Under the pieces are notes generated by a model. It searched no databases, was not told the DNA's origin, and was given only the letters and a program-made list of their open reading frames with translations. The position numbers and the translations under genes were made by a program. A DNA stretch of 64,000 bases. Origin: Nitrospirota bacterium. GTDB taxonomy: Bacteria; Nitrospirota; Nitrospiria; Nitrospirales; Nitrospiraceae. Location: the NCBI GenBank assembly GCA_963701855.1, contig CAVPBK010000009.1, forward strand, positions 64,001 to 128,000, given 5' to 3'. Below are positions 1-10,054 of this stretch, one piece after another (the first letter of the stretch is position 1; each line of letters opens with the position of its first letter).

Positions 1-637
1 GGACAGGGGGCAGGCGGCGGCAACATCAAAGTGACCACCTCTCCATCGGCCACAGTGTTGCTCGAGAACAGTCGGATCAGCGCCTCGGTCGCCGACGGGT
101 ATGGAGGCGGCGGGAACATTTCGATCGATCCGCAGTTCGTGATTTTGCAGAACAGCCAGATTCTCGCGAACGCGGCCCAGGGTCAGGGTGGCGCGATCAC
201 GATCACCAGCGAGGGCTCTTTCTCTCCGATGCGAACAGCACCGTCAAGCGCGATCTCGCTCCGGCGTGAATGGCACCGTGACAATTCAGTCGCCGAATGC
301 CCCGCTCAGCGGCCATATTCAGCCGCTGGGGAAGACACCGCTGATCGCGACGTCGCTGCTCAATCAACGCTGCGCATCGTTGGCCGGCGGTGAGTTTAGC
401 AGCTTCACCGTGGCGGGACGGGACAGCCTGCCTACCGAACCGGGTGGTTGGCTCGCCAGTCCGCTGGCCTTCGGCTCGACCGGATTCAGTGCCGGCGCCG
501 TAGCAGAGGCAGGCACACAGGCACGCGTCATCGATCCCGCGCAGGAGACTCCCCTCCTCTCATTGCGACAGATCGCACCGGCCGGGTTCCTGACCCAGGC
601 CTTCGCGGTGGATGAGTCGACAGGCTGTCAATCATGA
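1..637 (+). CDS. Filamentous haemagglutinin-like TpsA exoprotein, C-terminal part (runs off the window start; apparent frameshift at ~208-256)
   Basis: G-rich beta-helix repeats (GGGNIKV, GGGGNISIDPQFVILQNSQILANA) in frame 1 continue as SGVNGTVTIQSP...GGEFSSFTVAGRDSLP in frame 2. Removing four extra A's at ~208-254 gives continuous TAGLFLSDANSTVSASRSGVNG. A TpsB gene lies downstream. Confidence 0.8.
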
Positions 638-640
638 CCC
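557..640 (+). repeat. 84-bp imperfect direct repeat, copy 1 (copy 2 at 3651-3734)
   Basis: Hand alignment gives 69/84 identical. Both copies end GGCTGTCAATCATGACCC. Confidence 0.85.
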
Positions 641-3546
641 TTTGCGCAAGTGCACCGGGCTCCTCACGACCACCGAACCGCGCGTATGTCTATCGCGCTC
701 GATTCAGCGGTTTCGCGCTGTTGGCACTCGGACTTGTAGTTGGCGGCTGTGCCACGATGGACCCGAGGGAGTTAACGGCCTGTAGCTCTTATGTCATCGA
801 GGGTTTTCGGCCAATCGCTACGGAGCGCACCGGGCGGTTTCTTGGCAAGGTCAAAGAGAACACCGCTCGCTGTCGAGGCGGAGGCAAAGCGGTCGACGGT
901 CGCGCCCTCCCGTGGGTGGATTGGCAGAACTACTGGGCCACCGGCGACGCCAACTCACTGGCCTATGGTGCGGCGGACGGAAGTGAACACCTCGCTCCGA
1001 ACGGACGCGGCATCGACGGCGCGTTGCTCGACCTCGAGTACCAACGCATGGAGATGATCAAGTTCAACCTGTTCGACAACAGCGGGACCTACCCGTGAAT
1101 ATGTGCTCGGCCGTGGCGGAGTCGAAGGACCAGCCCTCAAAGTCTGGAACTCCATGCGACTACCCAATGACCATCCCGATTACACCACTGTGGGCGGCGC
1201 CGGCCCGCAACTCTGCCACGGCGATTTAATCCGCTTCCGCACCCCCACTGGCATCTGCAACGACATCACAAATCCTCTCATGGGGTCGACCGCGATGCCT
1301 TTCGCCCGCAACGTCCAGTTCGAGACCACCTTTCCAGACCTGGGAAAGAATGAGGTGGCCAAGAACCGGCACGGCGATCGGCTCGGCTTACTCAAACCGG
1401 ATCCGCAGGTGATCAGTCGCAAGCTGTTCACTCGGGTGCAATCAGAGCCGGACAAGTGCAAGGCGGACTCCGGATTGCCTGGCGGTTCCGTTGAAGCCAA
1501 TTGCGATTATAAACCGGCCCCGTTTTTCAATGTCCTCGCCGCCTTCTGGATCCAATTTATGACTCACGATTGGTTCTCCCATCTGTACCAAGGGGACAAC
1601 TCCCCTCAACACATGGCCATGGGCTGCGCGACACATCTGGTCAACAACATTGATACGCCTCTTTCGCCGGACGATGTTGCCAGGCTCGGATGCCGCCCAG
1701 ATGATCGGATTGATCAGGCCATGATGGCCGAGGCCAATGACCCGCCGTCCTTCACCGAGAAGGGCAAGGAATATCTATCCCGGGCGTACAAGACGACCCA
1801 CAATAACGTCACAGCGTGGTGGGATGCGTCACAGCTCTATGGTTACGATGATAAGTCTCGTAGTCGCGTGAAGCGCGATCCCAATGACCGGGCCAAGCTG
1901 CGCCTCGATCCGGTGCGAGCCGGCGATCCGCTGGGTTACCTGCCGGTGTTCGAGGCAAGCGATCCGATCAATGGCGTATGGCGCGGCCAGGAAGCGACGG
2001 CCTTCCCGGATAATTGGTCTATCGGTCTGAGTTTCTTCCACAACGTGTTCGCCCGAGAGCACAACCGGTTCGTGGACGAGTTCCGCAGATTGCAGCGGGA
2101 CGAGCAGATGAAGGACATCGACAGCGGGCTGCGCAATCCTCTGAACCCGGAGCGAGACATTCCTTACCAGTGACGTCACCGACGACGAACTCTTCGAAAT
2201 TGGTCGGCTCGTGGTCTCAGCCGAGATTGCCAAAATCCACACCACCGAGTGGACGACCCAACTACTCTATGACGAGCCGCTCTACCTGGGCATGAATGCC
2301 AATTGGCACGGTCTCCTGCGCGAGGACGACCCGGTCTCGGCAGCGATCGAGAAGATCGTGGTACAGAACTTCGGCAAATCCCACGACGCCAAGAAGGCAA
2401 ATCAGTGGTATTCCGTCTTCGCCGCAGGATCAGGGATTTTCGGGTTGGGCAGCCACGTCTATGCCGACGATGCGATCTTCGCCCTCTATGATCCGAAGAA
2501 GACAGACATCTGGAGCCTCAACAAACTGAACCACATCAACGGGGGGGTCAACCACTTCGGTTCGCCGTTCAACTTCCCCGAGGAGTTCGTCACCGTCTAT
2601 CGGCTGCACACCATGGTCCCCGATCTGATTGAGTACACAGAATTGGCGGACGATCCTCGTACCATCCGAGACAAAATCCCGGTGCTGGAGACTTTCCGGG
2701 GGAAGGCTACGCCGGCGATGCGAGAGCGAGGACTCGCCAATTGGGGCTTGTCAATGGGCCGCCAGCCGCTCGGACGGCTCACGCTACAGAACCATCCCCA
2801 GTTCCTGCAAAACTTGCCGATGGATCGCTTTCACACAAACACCGACAAAATCGACGTCGCGGCGCTCGACCTGATCCGCGACCGCGAGCGCGGCGTACCG
2901 CGCTTCAATGAATTTCGCCGGCAGTACGGACTCAAGACCCTGACGAGCTTCGACGACTTTGTGGACCAGCGACTACCCAAGGACTCGAAGGAGCGCATGC
3001 GGCAAGAAGAATTGATACGCCTCCTCCGCGAGGTTTACGGCCAGCACACGTGTGACGCGTCAAAGACAATTACCGATGCGCAAAAGAACGACGACGGGAC
3101 ATGGATCAACGACTGCCTTGGCCACCCCAACGGCAGTATGGTGGACAACATTGAGGACGTGGACACGGTCGTGGGCTGGCTCGCTGAATTTCCTCGGCCT
3201 CATGGCTTCGCCATTTCCGAGACCCAGTTCCAGGTATTCATCCTCAATGCTTCGCAGGCGCCTGTTCAGCGACCGGTTCTTCACCTCCAGCTTCCGTCCT
3301 GAGTTCTACACGCATCTTGGTGTGGACTGGGTCATGAACAATGGCCCGGGCGGCAAGAACATGGAGCCAAACAAATCGAACGGCCACGAGGTGGACGTGT
3401 CGCCCCTCAAGCGCGTGTTACAGCGGACCATCCCGGAATTAGTGCCGGAGCTTGAGCACGTGGTCAACGTGTTCGACCCCTGGGCCCGCGACCGTGGGAA
3501 GTATTACGCCTTGCAGCCACCGCCGGATCGAAAGGCGGCACAGTGA
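634..3546 (+). CDS. Haem peroxidase of the peroxidase-cyclooxygenase superfamily, alpha-dioxygenase-like, predicted lipoprotein; split into 4 ORFs by three +1 frameshifts
   Basis: ORFs 634-1098, 1103-2173, 2211-3302 and 3052-3546 join after removing one base at ~1093, ~2167 and ~3256. Motifs: FWIQFMTHDW, TAWWDASQLYG, SAEIAKIHTTEWT, EEFVTVYRLH, RDRERGVPRFNEFRR, GFAISETQF, ASRRLFSDRFFT. N-terminal hydrophobic stretch plus lipobox-like VVGGC. Confidence 0.85.
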
Positions 3547-3731
3547 CCGAGAAGGACAGGCGCACGAGTCTGAGTGAGCCGATGGGAGGCATGAGCGCAG
3601 GCGCTGGGCAAGTGGCAAGTGGTCAGTGGCGAGTGGATGACATACGGATTCTGTCGTTGCGTCAGATCGCGCCGGTCGGGTTCCTGATCCGGGCCTTTTC
3701 GCTGGACTCGTCGGCGGGCTGTCAATCATGA
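3543..3731 (+). pseudogene. Orphan TpsA C-terminal fragment (62-aa ORF)
   Basis: Ends LSLRQIAPVGFLIRAFSLDSSAGCQS, 19/26 aa identical to the TpsA C-terminus ending at 637. Confidence 0.7.
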
Positions 3732-3756
3732 CCCATTCGCACTGGGGAACCGGCAC

Positions 3757-5534
3757 ATGCCTGCGCCCCTTGGTTCGTCAAAGCAACTCTTTCCCGGTAT
3801 CGGTCTCACCATGGTCATGCTATTGGCATCTACTTCAGTCTTCGCACAGACTGCGCTCGACCCGACGGGGCGATCAGGCGAACCGCTCGGCCCCCTGAAG
3901 GAAGAATTTCAGCGGCCCAAGCCGCCTCCAAGTCCCGTGCTTCCCATCGTCCCACTCACGCCGGAGACCGGGGTGCCGACACAGCCCGGCACGGTGCAGG
4001 TATTCGTCCGTGACGTGAACGTGATCGGCAACACCGCCTTTTCGGATAAGGAGATCGCCGAGGTGACGACCCCCTTCAAGAACCGGACGTTGGTTACCGA
4101 GGATCTTGAACGGCTCAGGCTGGCCCTCACCCTCCTCTACATCAACAAGGGCTACCTGACCTCCGGCGCGATCATCCCCGACCAGGACGTCACGTCTGGC
4201 GAAATCACGGTGCAGATCATCGAAGGGAAGCTCACTCGGATCGACGTCGAGGGCAACCGCTGGTTCCGTTCGTCCTACCTGCGCGACCGCCTCTCGCTCG
4301 GCATCCGCACGCCGGTGACGCTCGGCCCCTTACAGGAACAGCTGCAACTCTTGCAGCAAGATCGCCGGATCGAGCGCGTCAATGCGGAACTGCGGCCCGG
4401 CGATACAGCGAGGCGACAGCCTGTTGAACGTGCGCGTGGCGGACCGGAATCCATTTCATGCCACGATGGAGGTCAACAACTACCTGACGCCACTGGTCGG
4501 AGAATTCCGTGGGGTCGGCACCCTCGTCCACGACAACCTGACAGGCCACGGAGACCCGCTCAGACTCAGCTATGGCCAGTCGAGCGGCGCCTTTCCGATG
4601 GTGGACGCCTCGTACGCCCTCCCCTTCAACCGATACGGGACGACCTTTTCTCCGTACTACCGGCGCACCGGCTTCAAACTCATCGAGCCGCCCTTCACTC
4701 CGCTGAACATCAAGTCCAACTCGGAGATCATCGGCATGAGTCTCCGCCATCCGATTTATAAGACCGTGACCGACGAGGTGGCGCTCTCGATCATCGGGGA
4801 GCATCTCTTCACCCAAAGCTTTCTCTTCAACGGCACCCCTGACCAGATGACGTTCAATTCGTTTCCCGGTTATCAGAATGGGGCGGCAACGGTCTCGGCA
4901 CTCCGTTTCGCGCAGGACTGGACCCACCGCACGCTCGATACCGTGCTGGCCGTCCGCTCGCGATTTAGCGTCGGCTTGAACGTGCTGGGTGCGACCATCA
5001 ATGCGAACCCCGACACACCCGACGGCCAATTCTTCTCCTGGCTGGGCCAGGCGCAGGGGATTAAACAGTTCGGTGAGAATTTGTTCGGCATGCAGCTCCT
5101 CGGTCACATGGACCTGCAACTCACCAACTCACCACTGTTTCCAGTCGAGCAGGTATCGCTCGGCGGCCGGTACACGGTGCGCGGTTACCGCGAGGTGACC
5201 ATCCTGCGCGACAACTCGTTCATGGCTTCGGTCGAGCCCCGCTTTCCGTTGGTCCGCTGGGCAAACGGGCAACCGATGTTCCAGTTCGCACCCTTCGTGG
5301 ATGTCGCGCACGGATGGAACATCGGCGCGCAACCACGCAACCGTGATTACCCCACTCGCCTTTTCCACCAACACGCTCGCCAGCGTGGGCGCCGGTCTCC
5401 GGTGGAATATCCTGCCGGACGACAAGGCCAGCTTCGAAGTCTATTGGGGGCAGCAACTGAACCACGTGCCAAGCATCGGCAACACGATTCAGGGTCATGG
5501 AGTGCATCTGGGTATTGTGGTCAATCTTTTCTAA
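3757..5534 (+). CDS. ShlB/FhaC/HecB family TpsB outer-membrane transporter (two apparent frameshifts, ~4405 and ~5330-5360)
   Basis: Signal peptide; POTRA (YINKGYLTSGAIIPDQDV, VTVQIIEGKL-like); barrel motif EQVSLGGRYTVRGYRE; C-terminal ...GVHLGIVVNLF ending in Phe. Pieces at 3757-4761, 4382-5863 and 5301-5534. Confidence 0.85.
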
Positions 5535-5702
5535 CAGGAGCTGAGGTCAAGGTTAAGCGTCTGCAGCGAAGATCAAACTACTCTTTATCTCAACCTCAAC
5601 TCGCTGAAGCCTCTAACCTTCTTCGATGTGTGAGTCGATGGCAGCAAGACATGCGCAACGGAAATGATATGAGATCTCAATCTGCTCAGACTTGCCCTGC
5701 TC

Positions 5703-7979
5703 TTGATCCTCGCGAGCGGGCTCGTGCTGGCCAAGACATCCGGAACGGTCGCCGCGCTCGAGCCGACTCCGGACATCTTGATGACGCAGGGGCTTCAGGC
5801 GTACCAGCGGGGTTCATTCGATCAGGCGCTCGCCGCATGGAAGCAGGCGGCAGATCTCTATGAGCGAGACGGCAAGGCTAAAGAACAGAGTCAGGCCCTG
5901 GCACAGGCTGCGCAGGCCTCGGAATCGTTAGGGCAGCTCAGTCAGGCCTTGCAGCAATTGGAACTGGCGCTGACCCTGGCTCAACAGACAGGAGATCGCA
6001 CCAGGATCGCTGCCGTGCTGGAGAATCTCGGTCGGACGTACCTGGCGGCGCGCAAACCGGACGCGGCGATGCAGTATCTGACTCAGGCGTTGGCCATGGC
6101 ACAAGCCGATGAGGATCGGCGCCTCATCGCGGCCATCCACAACGACCTCGGCATCGCTCATGTCGCGCAACAGCATGACAAAGATGCGCTGGCCGCTTTT
6201 GCTAGCAGCGCACAAGAGGCACAAGCGGCCGGTGATCGCCCTCTGACCGTGCGGGCCCACATCAATGCGGCCCGCGTGGCGTTGAAGCTGAATCAACCGG
6301 ACCGCGCGCGTAACTGGCTGGACCAGGCCTTGGATGCTCTGAAAGGTTTCGAGCCTTCGCACGACAAGGCCATGAATCTCATACAGGTGGGACTGGGCTA
6401 TCAGCAACTCCGTGCCTCTATGTCGGCCATGAACGCACCCCTGCTGCTGCGTGCGGCCGGCGCGCTGCTGGAAGCGACAACCGTAGCGGAGCAAGTCGGC
6501 GACGCAAGGACTCGCTCCTATGCCGAGGGCTATCTCGGTCACTTGTATGAAACCGAGCATCGCTACGACGAGGCATTGCAACTGACCAGACGCGCGGTCT
6601 TCTCCGCCCAGTCTGCCAACGCGCCGGAGTCGCTCTTCCGCTGGCAATGGCAGCTCGGCCGTGTGCTGGCGGCGACGGGCAAGCTGGACGAGGCCATTGC
6701 CTCTTACGGCCATGCCACCACGACCCTGCGCCCCATTCGCACGGAAGTCGCATCCGCATGGGGGAACGATGTAATAGCCGGAGAGGATTCGGTTCGCGCG
6801 CTTTTCTTTGAGCTGGCCGATCTGCTCCTCCATCGCGCCTCGCTGACGGCCGACTCGCAAGAGGCCGAGCAGTACCTGGTCCGTGCACGCGATGCAATCG
6901 AGACCTACAAGGCCGCCGAGTTACGGGATTACTTCCGGGATGACTGTGTGGATACGATGCAAGCGCGTATCACGAAAATGGACCAGCTGGCCGTCGGAAC
7001 GGCCGTGGTCTATCCCATCGTCTTTGCTGATCGTTTGGAACTGCTGGTCAGCCTCCCCAATGGGCTGAAAAGACTGACGATCCCCGTCTCGTCAATCACG
7101 CTCACAAAAGAAGTGCGCGTCTTTCGCAAAACGGTCGAAAAGCGAACGACGCGCGAGTATCTCCCACACGCCCAACAACTCTACGCCTGGTTGATCCGCC
7201 CGCTCGAGCCGGATTTGGCCTCCTTCGGAATCGATACACTGGTCTTTATCCCCGATGGCCCGCTCCGCACGGTGCCGATGGCCGCGCTCCATGACGGCCG
7301 ACAGTTCCTCATCGAGAAATTTGCGCTGGCCACCACACCCGGCCTGAATCTCACCGACCCAAAGCCGATCGACCGCGACAAGGTCCGGTTGTTGTCGAGC
7401 GGACTCACACGAGCCGTTCAAGGATTTCCCTCCCTCCCCTTCGTCGAAGAAGAAATCAATTCCATTCGTACCCTCTACCAGGGCAATCAACTATTGAATG
7501 CCGATTTTTCGACTCCGCGTCTTGAGCAAGAATTACGAGACCACCCCTATGGCATCTTGCACATTGCCACCCATGGCTGGTTTGCCTCAGACACCACGCT
7601 GTCCTATTTGTTGACCTATAACGGAAAACTCACCATTGATGAGCTGGACCGTTTGATTGGACTATTCCGCTATCGAAAAGATCCACTGGAACTCTTGACC
7701 CTCAGCGCGTGTCAGACCGCCATTGGCGACGACCGTTCGGCGCTCGGCCTGGCCGGAATAGCCATCAAGGCCGGGGCTCGGAGTGCCATCGCGACACTCT
7801 GGTTCATCAATGATGAAGCCTCGGCTACCTTGGTCTCTGAATTCTACCTGCAGCTACGAAATCCCAAGCAGTCAAAGGCACAGGCTTTGCAACAAGCACA
7901 GCAGAAGCTCTTGGCAGATCGGGTCTACGAACATCCGGCATACTGGTCGCCGTTTCTGTTGCTGAACAACTGGCTATAG
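5703..7979 (+). CDS. TPR-repeat + CHAT (caspase HetF-associated) domain protein, probably exported; true start may be ATG 5651/5669 with a frameshift
   Basis: TPR-like helical repeats; CHAT motifs LVFIPDGPL, LHIATHG (His), LTLSACQTA (Cys), ATLWFINDEA, HPAYWSPF. N-terminal hydrophobic signal-like segment. Confidence 0.92.
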   Translation: MILASGLVLAKTSGTVAALEPTPDILMTQGLQAYQRGSFDQALAAWKQAADLYERDGKAKEQSQALAQAAQASESLGQLSQALQQLELALTLAQQTGDRTRIAAVLENLGRTYLAARKPDAAMQYLTQALAMAQADEDRRLIAAIHNDLGIAHVAQQHDKDALAAFASSAQEAQAAGDRPLTVRAHINAARVALKLNQPDRARNWLDQALDALKGFEPSHDKAMNLIQVGLGYQQLRASMSAMNAPLLLRAAGALLEATTVAEQVGDARTRSYAEGYLGHLYETEHRYDEALQLTRRAVFSAQSANAPESLFRWQWQLGRVLAATGKLDEAIASYGHATTTLRPIRTEVASAWGNDVIAGEDSVRALFFELADLLLHRASLTADSQEAEQYLVRARDAIETYKAAELRDYFRDDCVDTMQARITKMDQLAVGTAVVYPIVFADRLELLVSLPNGLKRLTIPVSSITLTKEVRVFRKTVEKRTTREYLPHAQQLYAWLIRPLEPDLASFGIDTLVFIPDGPLRTVPMAALHDGRQFLIEKFALATTPGLNLTDPKPIDRDKVRLLSSGLTRAVQGFPSLPFVEEEINSIRTLYQGNQLLNADFSTPRLEQELRDHPYGILHIATHGWFASDTTLSYLLTYNGKLTIDELDRLIGLFRYRKDPLELLTLSACQTAIGDDRSALGLAGIAIKAGARSAIATLWFINDEASATLVSEFYLQLRNPKQSKAQALQQAQQKLLADRVYEHPAYWSPFLLLNNWL

Positions 7980-8013
7980 GGGACAGGCACCCTTCCTATT
8001 GGTGCCTGTCCCC
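7979..8013. repeat. REP-like hairpin GGGGACAGGCACC-N9-GGTGCCTGTCCCC
   Basis: Perfect 13-bp stem starting at the CHAT stop codon; no U-tract. Confidence 0.7.
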
Positions 8014-8188
8014 GTCGGGACTCCTACTGTTGTTGTCCTCGTCACTGTGCTACTGTACGCTGGCGCGGGAAGAATGTTATTTGCTTTGTTAGGTTTGTCT
8101 TGTTTATTTGGTTGATCCAGACCAACTCGATTAACTAAACAAACCGGATAAACCAGCCCGATCGCGACCTGCCTGGGAGGTGCCACCG

Positions 8189-8941
8189 ATGCGAAACCCA
8201 ACTGTTTCTCTTCTAGCAGGACTGATCCTGAGCGTGGGGCTGTATGATCCGGCTGCAACGCCGGCGGTAACGGATAAGCCTGGCGTCGCTCAGTCAGGGC
8301 TAACGGAGGATACGCCGCCTCTCGTCTACACGCCCCCCAGGAAACTGACACCACGTGCTCGCGTGGGTGGTGGATTGCGTGGAACCGACGGAAAAGATCC
8401 CGTGCTCGAAGCCTTGGTGCCGGACCATGTCGGGTACACCATCAAGAAGTCTCCCATCTTGAACTGGTTTATCTCAAAACCAACGGAATACCCTCTGAAA
8501 TTTACGCTCATCGACACTCGATCAGTCACGCCAATACATGAAGGCGGGATTCCCTCACCGGATCATGCAGGCGTCCATTCGATCAAGCTCAGTGATTGGA
8601 ATCTTGCACTGGAGCCGGACGTGCAATATCGCTGGTACATCTCCGCGATTCGCGATCAAGACTCACCATCGAAAGATATTGTAGTCGGCGGCATTATTGA
8701 ACGTAGTGAGTTCAATGCGGGCGTCGTGGAAATGCAAGTCGATCTGAGCTGCGACCGGCTAAGCATACGGAGAAATGCCGAGAATAGTTTTTGGTACGAC
8801 GCCGTATCCTGTCTGAGCGATCTGATCACCACCAATCCTCAAGATACCTCTTTCCGACGCATGCGTGCGGCTTTGCTCAAACAAGTCGGCCTCAACGGCG
8901 TAGCAGAGTGGGATCTCAAGTCGATTCCGTCAGAAAAGTAA
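8189..8941 (+). CDS. DUF928 domain protein, exported
   Basis: Signal peptide, RVGGGLRG, LEPDVQYRWYI and FWYDAV motifs; adjacent to the CHAT gene; GGAGG RBS. Confidence 0.8.
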   Translation: MRNPTVSLLAGLILSVGLYDPAATPAVTDKPGVAQSGLTEDTPPLVYTPPRKLTPRARVGGGLRGTDGKDPVLEALVPDHVGYTIKKSPILNWFISKPTEYPLKFTLIDTRSVTPIHEGGIPSPDHAGVHSIKLSDWNLALEPDVQYRWYISAIRDQDSPSKDIVVGGIIERSEFNAGVVEMQVDLSCDRLSIRRNAENSFWYDAVSCLSDLITTNPQDTSFRRMRAALLKQVGLNGVAEWDLKSIPSEK

Positions 8942-9273
8942 TCGCTCGCCAAATTTGCGAGACTCGCAAGACCAGCGAGAAAAGCGCGACGGACGAAGAA
9001 GCGCTGCGTTCGATATTCCGAAAACCTCAAACTTCTTACCTCAAATCGTCCGCTTTCACACCTCTCTTATTCGCGTCTAACCCAGCACTTCCTCGTGACT
9101 GAGTGGGTCTTTACCCGTCGCGCCTATTCCGGCCAATCCGGTAATCAAATTCGATTCAGTATCGAATCGTTTTCAATTCACATAGGCTGCTTCCATCTTC
9201 ATTTCTGTGACGTCGCCTGATGCAATTCCTTGAAAAACCATAGACCGCAACAGAGAATGCACACATTTTATAT

Positions 9274-9290
9274 TAGGCATGCGGCTTGCT
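9274..9290 (+). promoter_or_regulatory. Putative sigma54 (-24/-12) promoter
   Basis: TAGGCATGCGGCTTGCT (GG-N10-GC) 50 bp upstream of ORF 9340; inverted repeat CGATTC-N6-GAATCG at 9152-9169 as a possible enhancer. Confidence 0.6.
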
Positions 9291-9339
9291 GGATAGAGAG
9301 TAGCCGATGCCTACCCTCTAGATGAAAGGAGCCGCAGCC

Positions 9340-9543
9340 ATGGAACTGATAATCCTTGAGATACTCATTGCGGGGCTGATTGCTGGGCTGGCGGTGATCG
9401 TCTGGATGATAGCTCGCAACTACTTTGATGACGACCATTTCTTCGAGGACAATCAGTTAGGAGGAGTCCGCTTGTCGGAAACACATGATCAGGAGGAACC
9501 ACAGAAAGAGCACTCATCCGGACAGTCGAAGGCTGCGGCCTGA
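9340..9543 (+). CDS. Small single-TM membrane protein
   Basis: AAAGGAG RBS, N-terminal hydrophobic helix, acidic tail. Confidence 0.6.
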   Translation: MELIILEILIAGLIAGLAVIVWMIARNYFDDDHFFEDNQLGGVRLSETHDQEEPQKEHSSGQSKAAA

Positions 9544-9825
9544 CAGTGGACTGCTTGCTCTGGTCTGTGTGGTCTAACTGGTTTGTCTGGTTCATCTAGT
9601 TGGCCGGGTTTAACCAAATGATCGAGACAGACCAGATCAACCCTCTCCCATCACGCCCATTTCAGTTCTCTTCTCCGTTTCAAACTCAGCATTCAGAACT
9701 TCGTCCCGGTACCACCCAAGCACGACTCTTGCTGTATATCGTATTCGTTGATTGCTGGCGAGGCACGTTACAATGCGGGACGAGCGGCTACCCCGTGGCA
9801 TGGCAATGGAAGTTCTGAGTGCTGA

Positions 9826-9963
9826 GCGGGAAGACATAGGGTTCTGGTTCGACTTATTCGGAAGACTCAACCGCATGATCAGCAAAACCTTGCCGGCCTA
9901 TTGAAAGAACGCGACGAACTGCTCAGAATATTGAACAGTATCATTCTACCCATGCGCCGCTAG
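9826..9963 (+). pseudogene. Remnant of a four-helix-bundle (23S-IVP/TIGR02436-like) protein C-terminus
   Basis: With one frameshift reads RE..FW/VRLIRKTQPHDQQNLAGLLKERDELLRILNSIILPMRR*, resembling the family's RETxYWLRL...E.DEL.RIL.SI end; flanked by heptamer arrays. Confidence 0.5.
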
Positions 9964-10054
9964 ATCATGACTCGTGAAAACTCAGAACCCAGAGCTCAAA
10001 ACTCAAAACTCGGCGAAGCCGTTGACTCCGCACTTTCTATCGCCTGAGGTCTCG

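Noticed and set aside
634..5534. Programmed frameshifting or phase variation in the peroxidase and tpsB
   Set aside because: Too many sites, with no slippery heptamers or long homopolymers; sequencing error is simpler.
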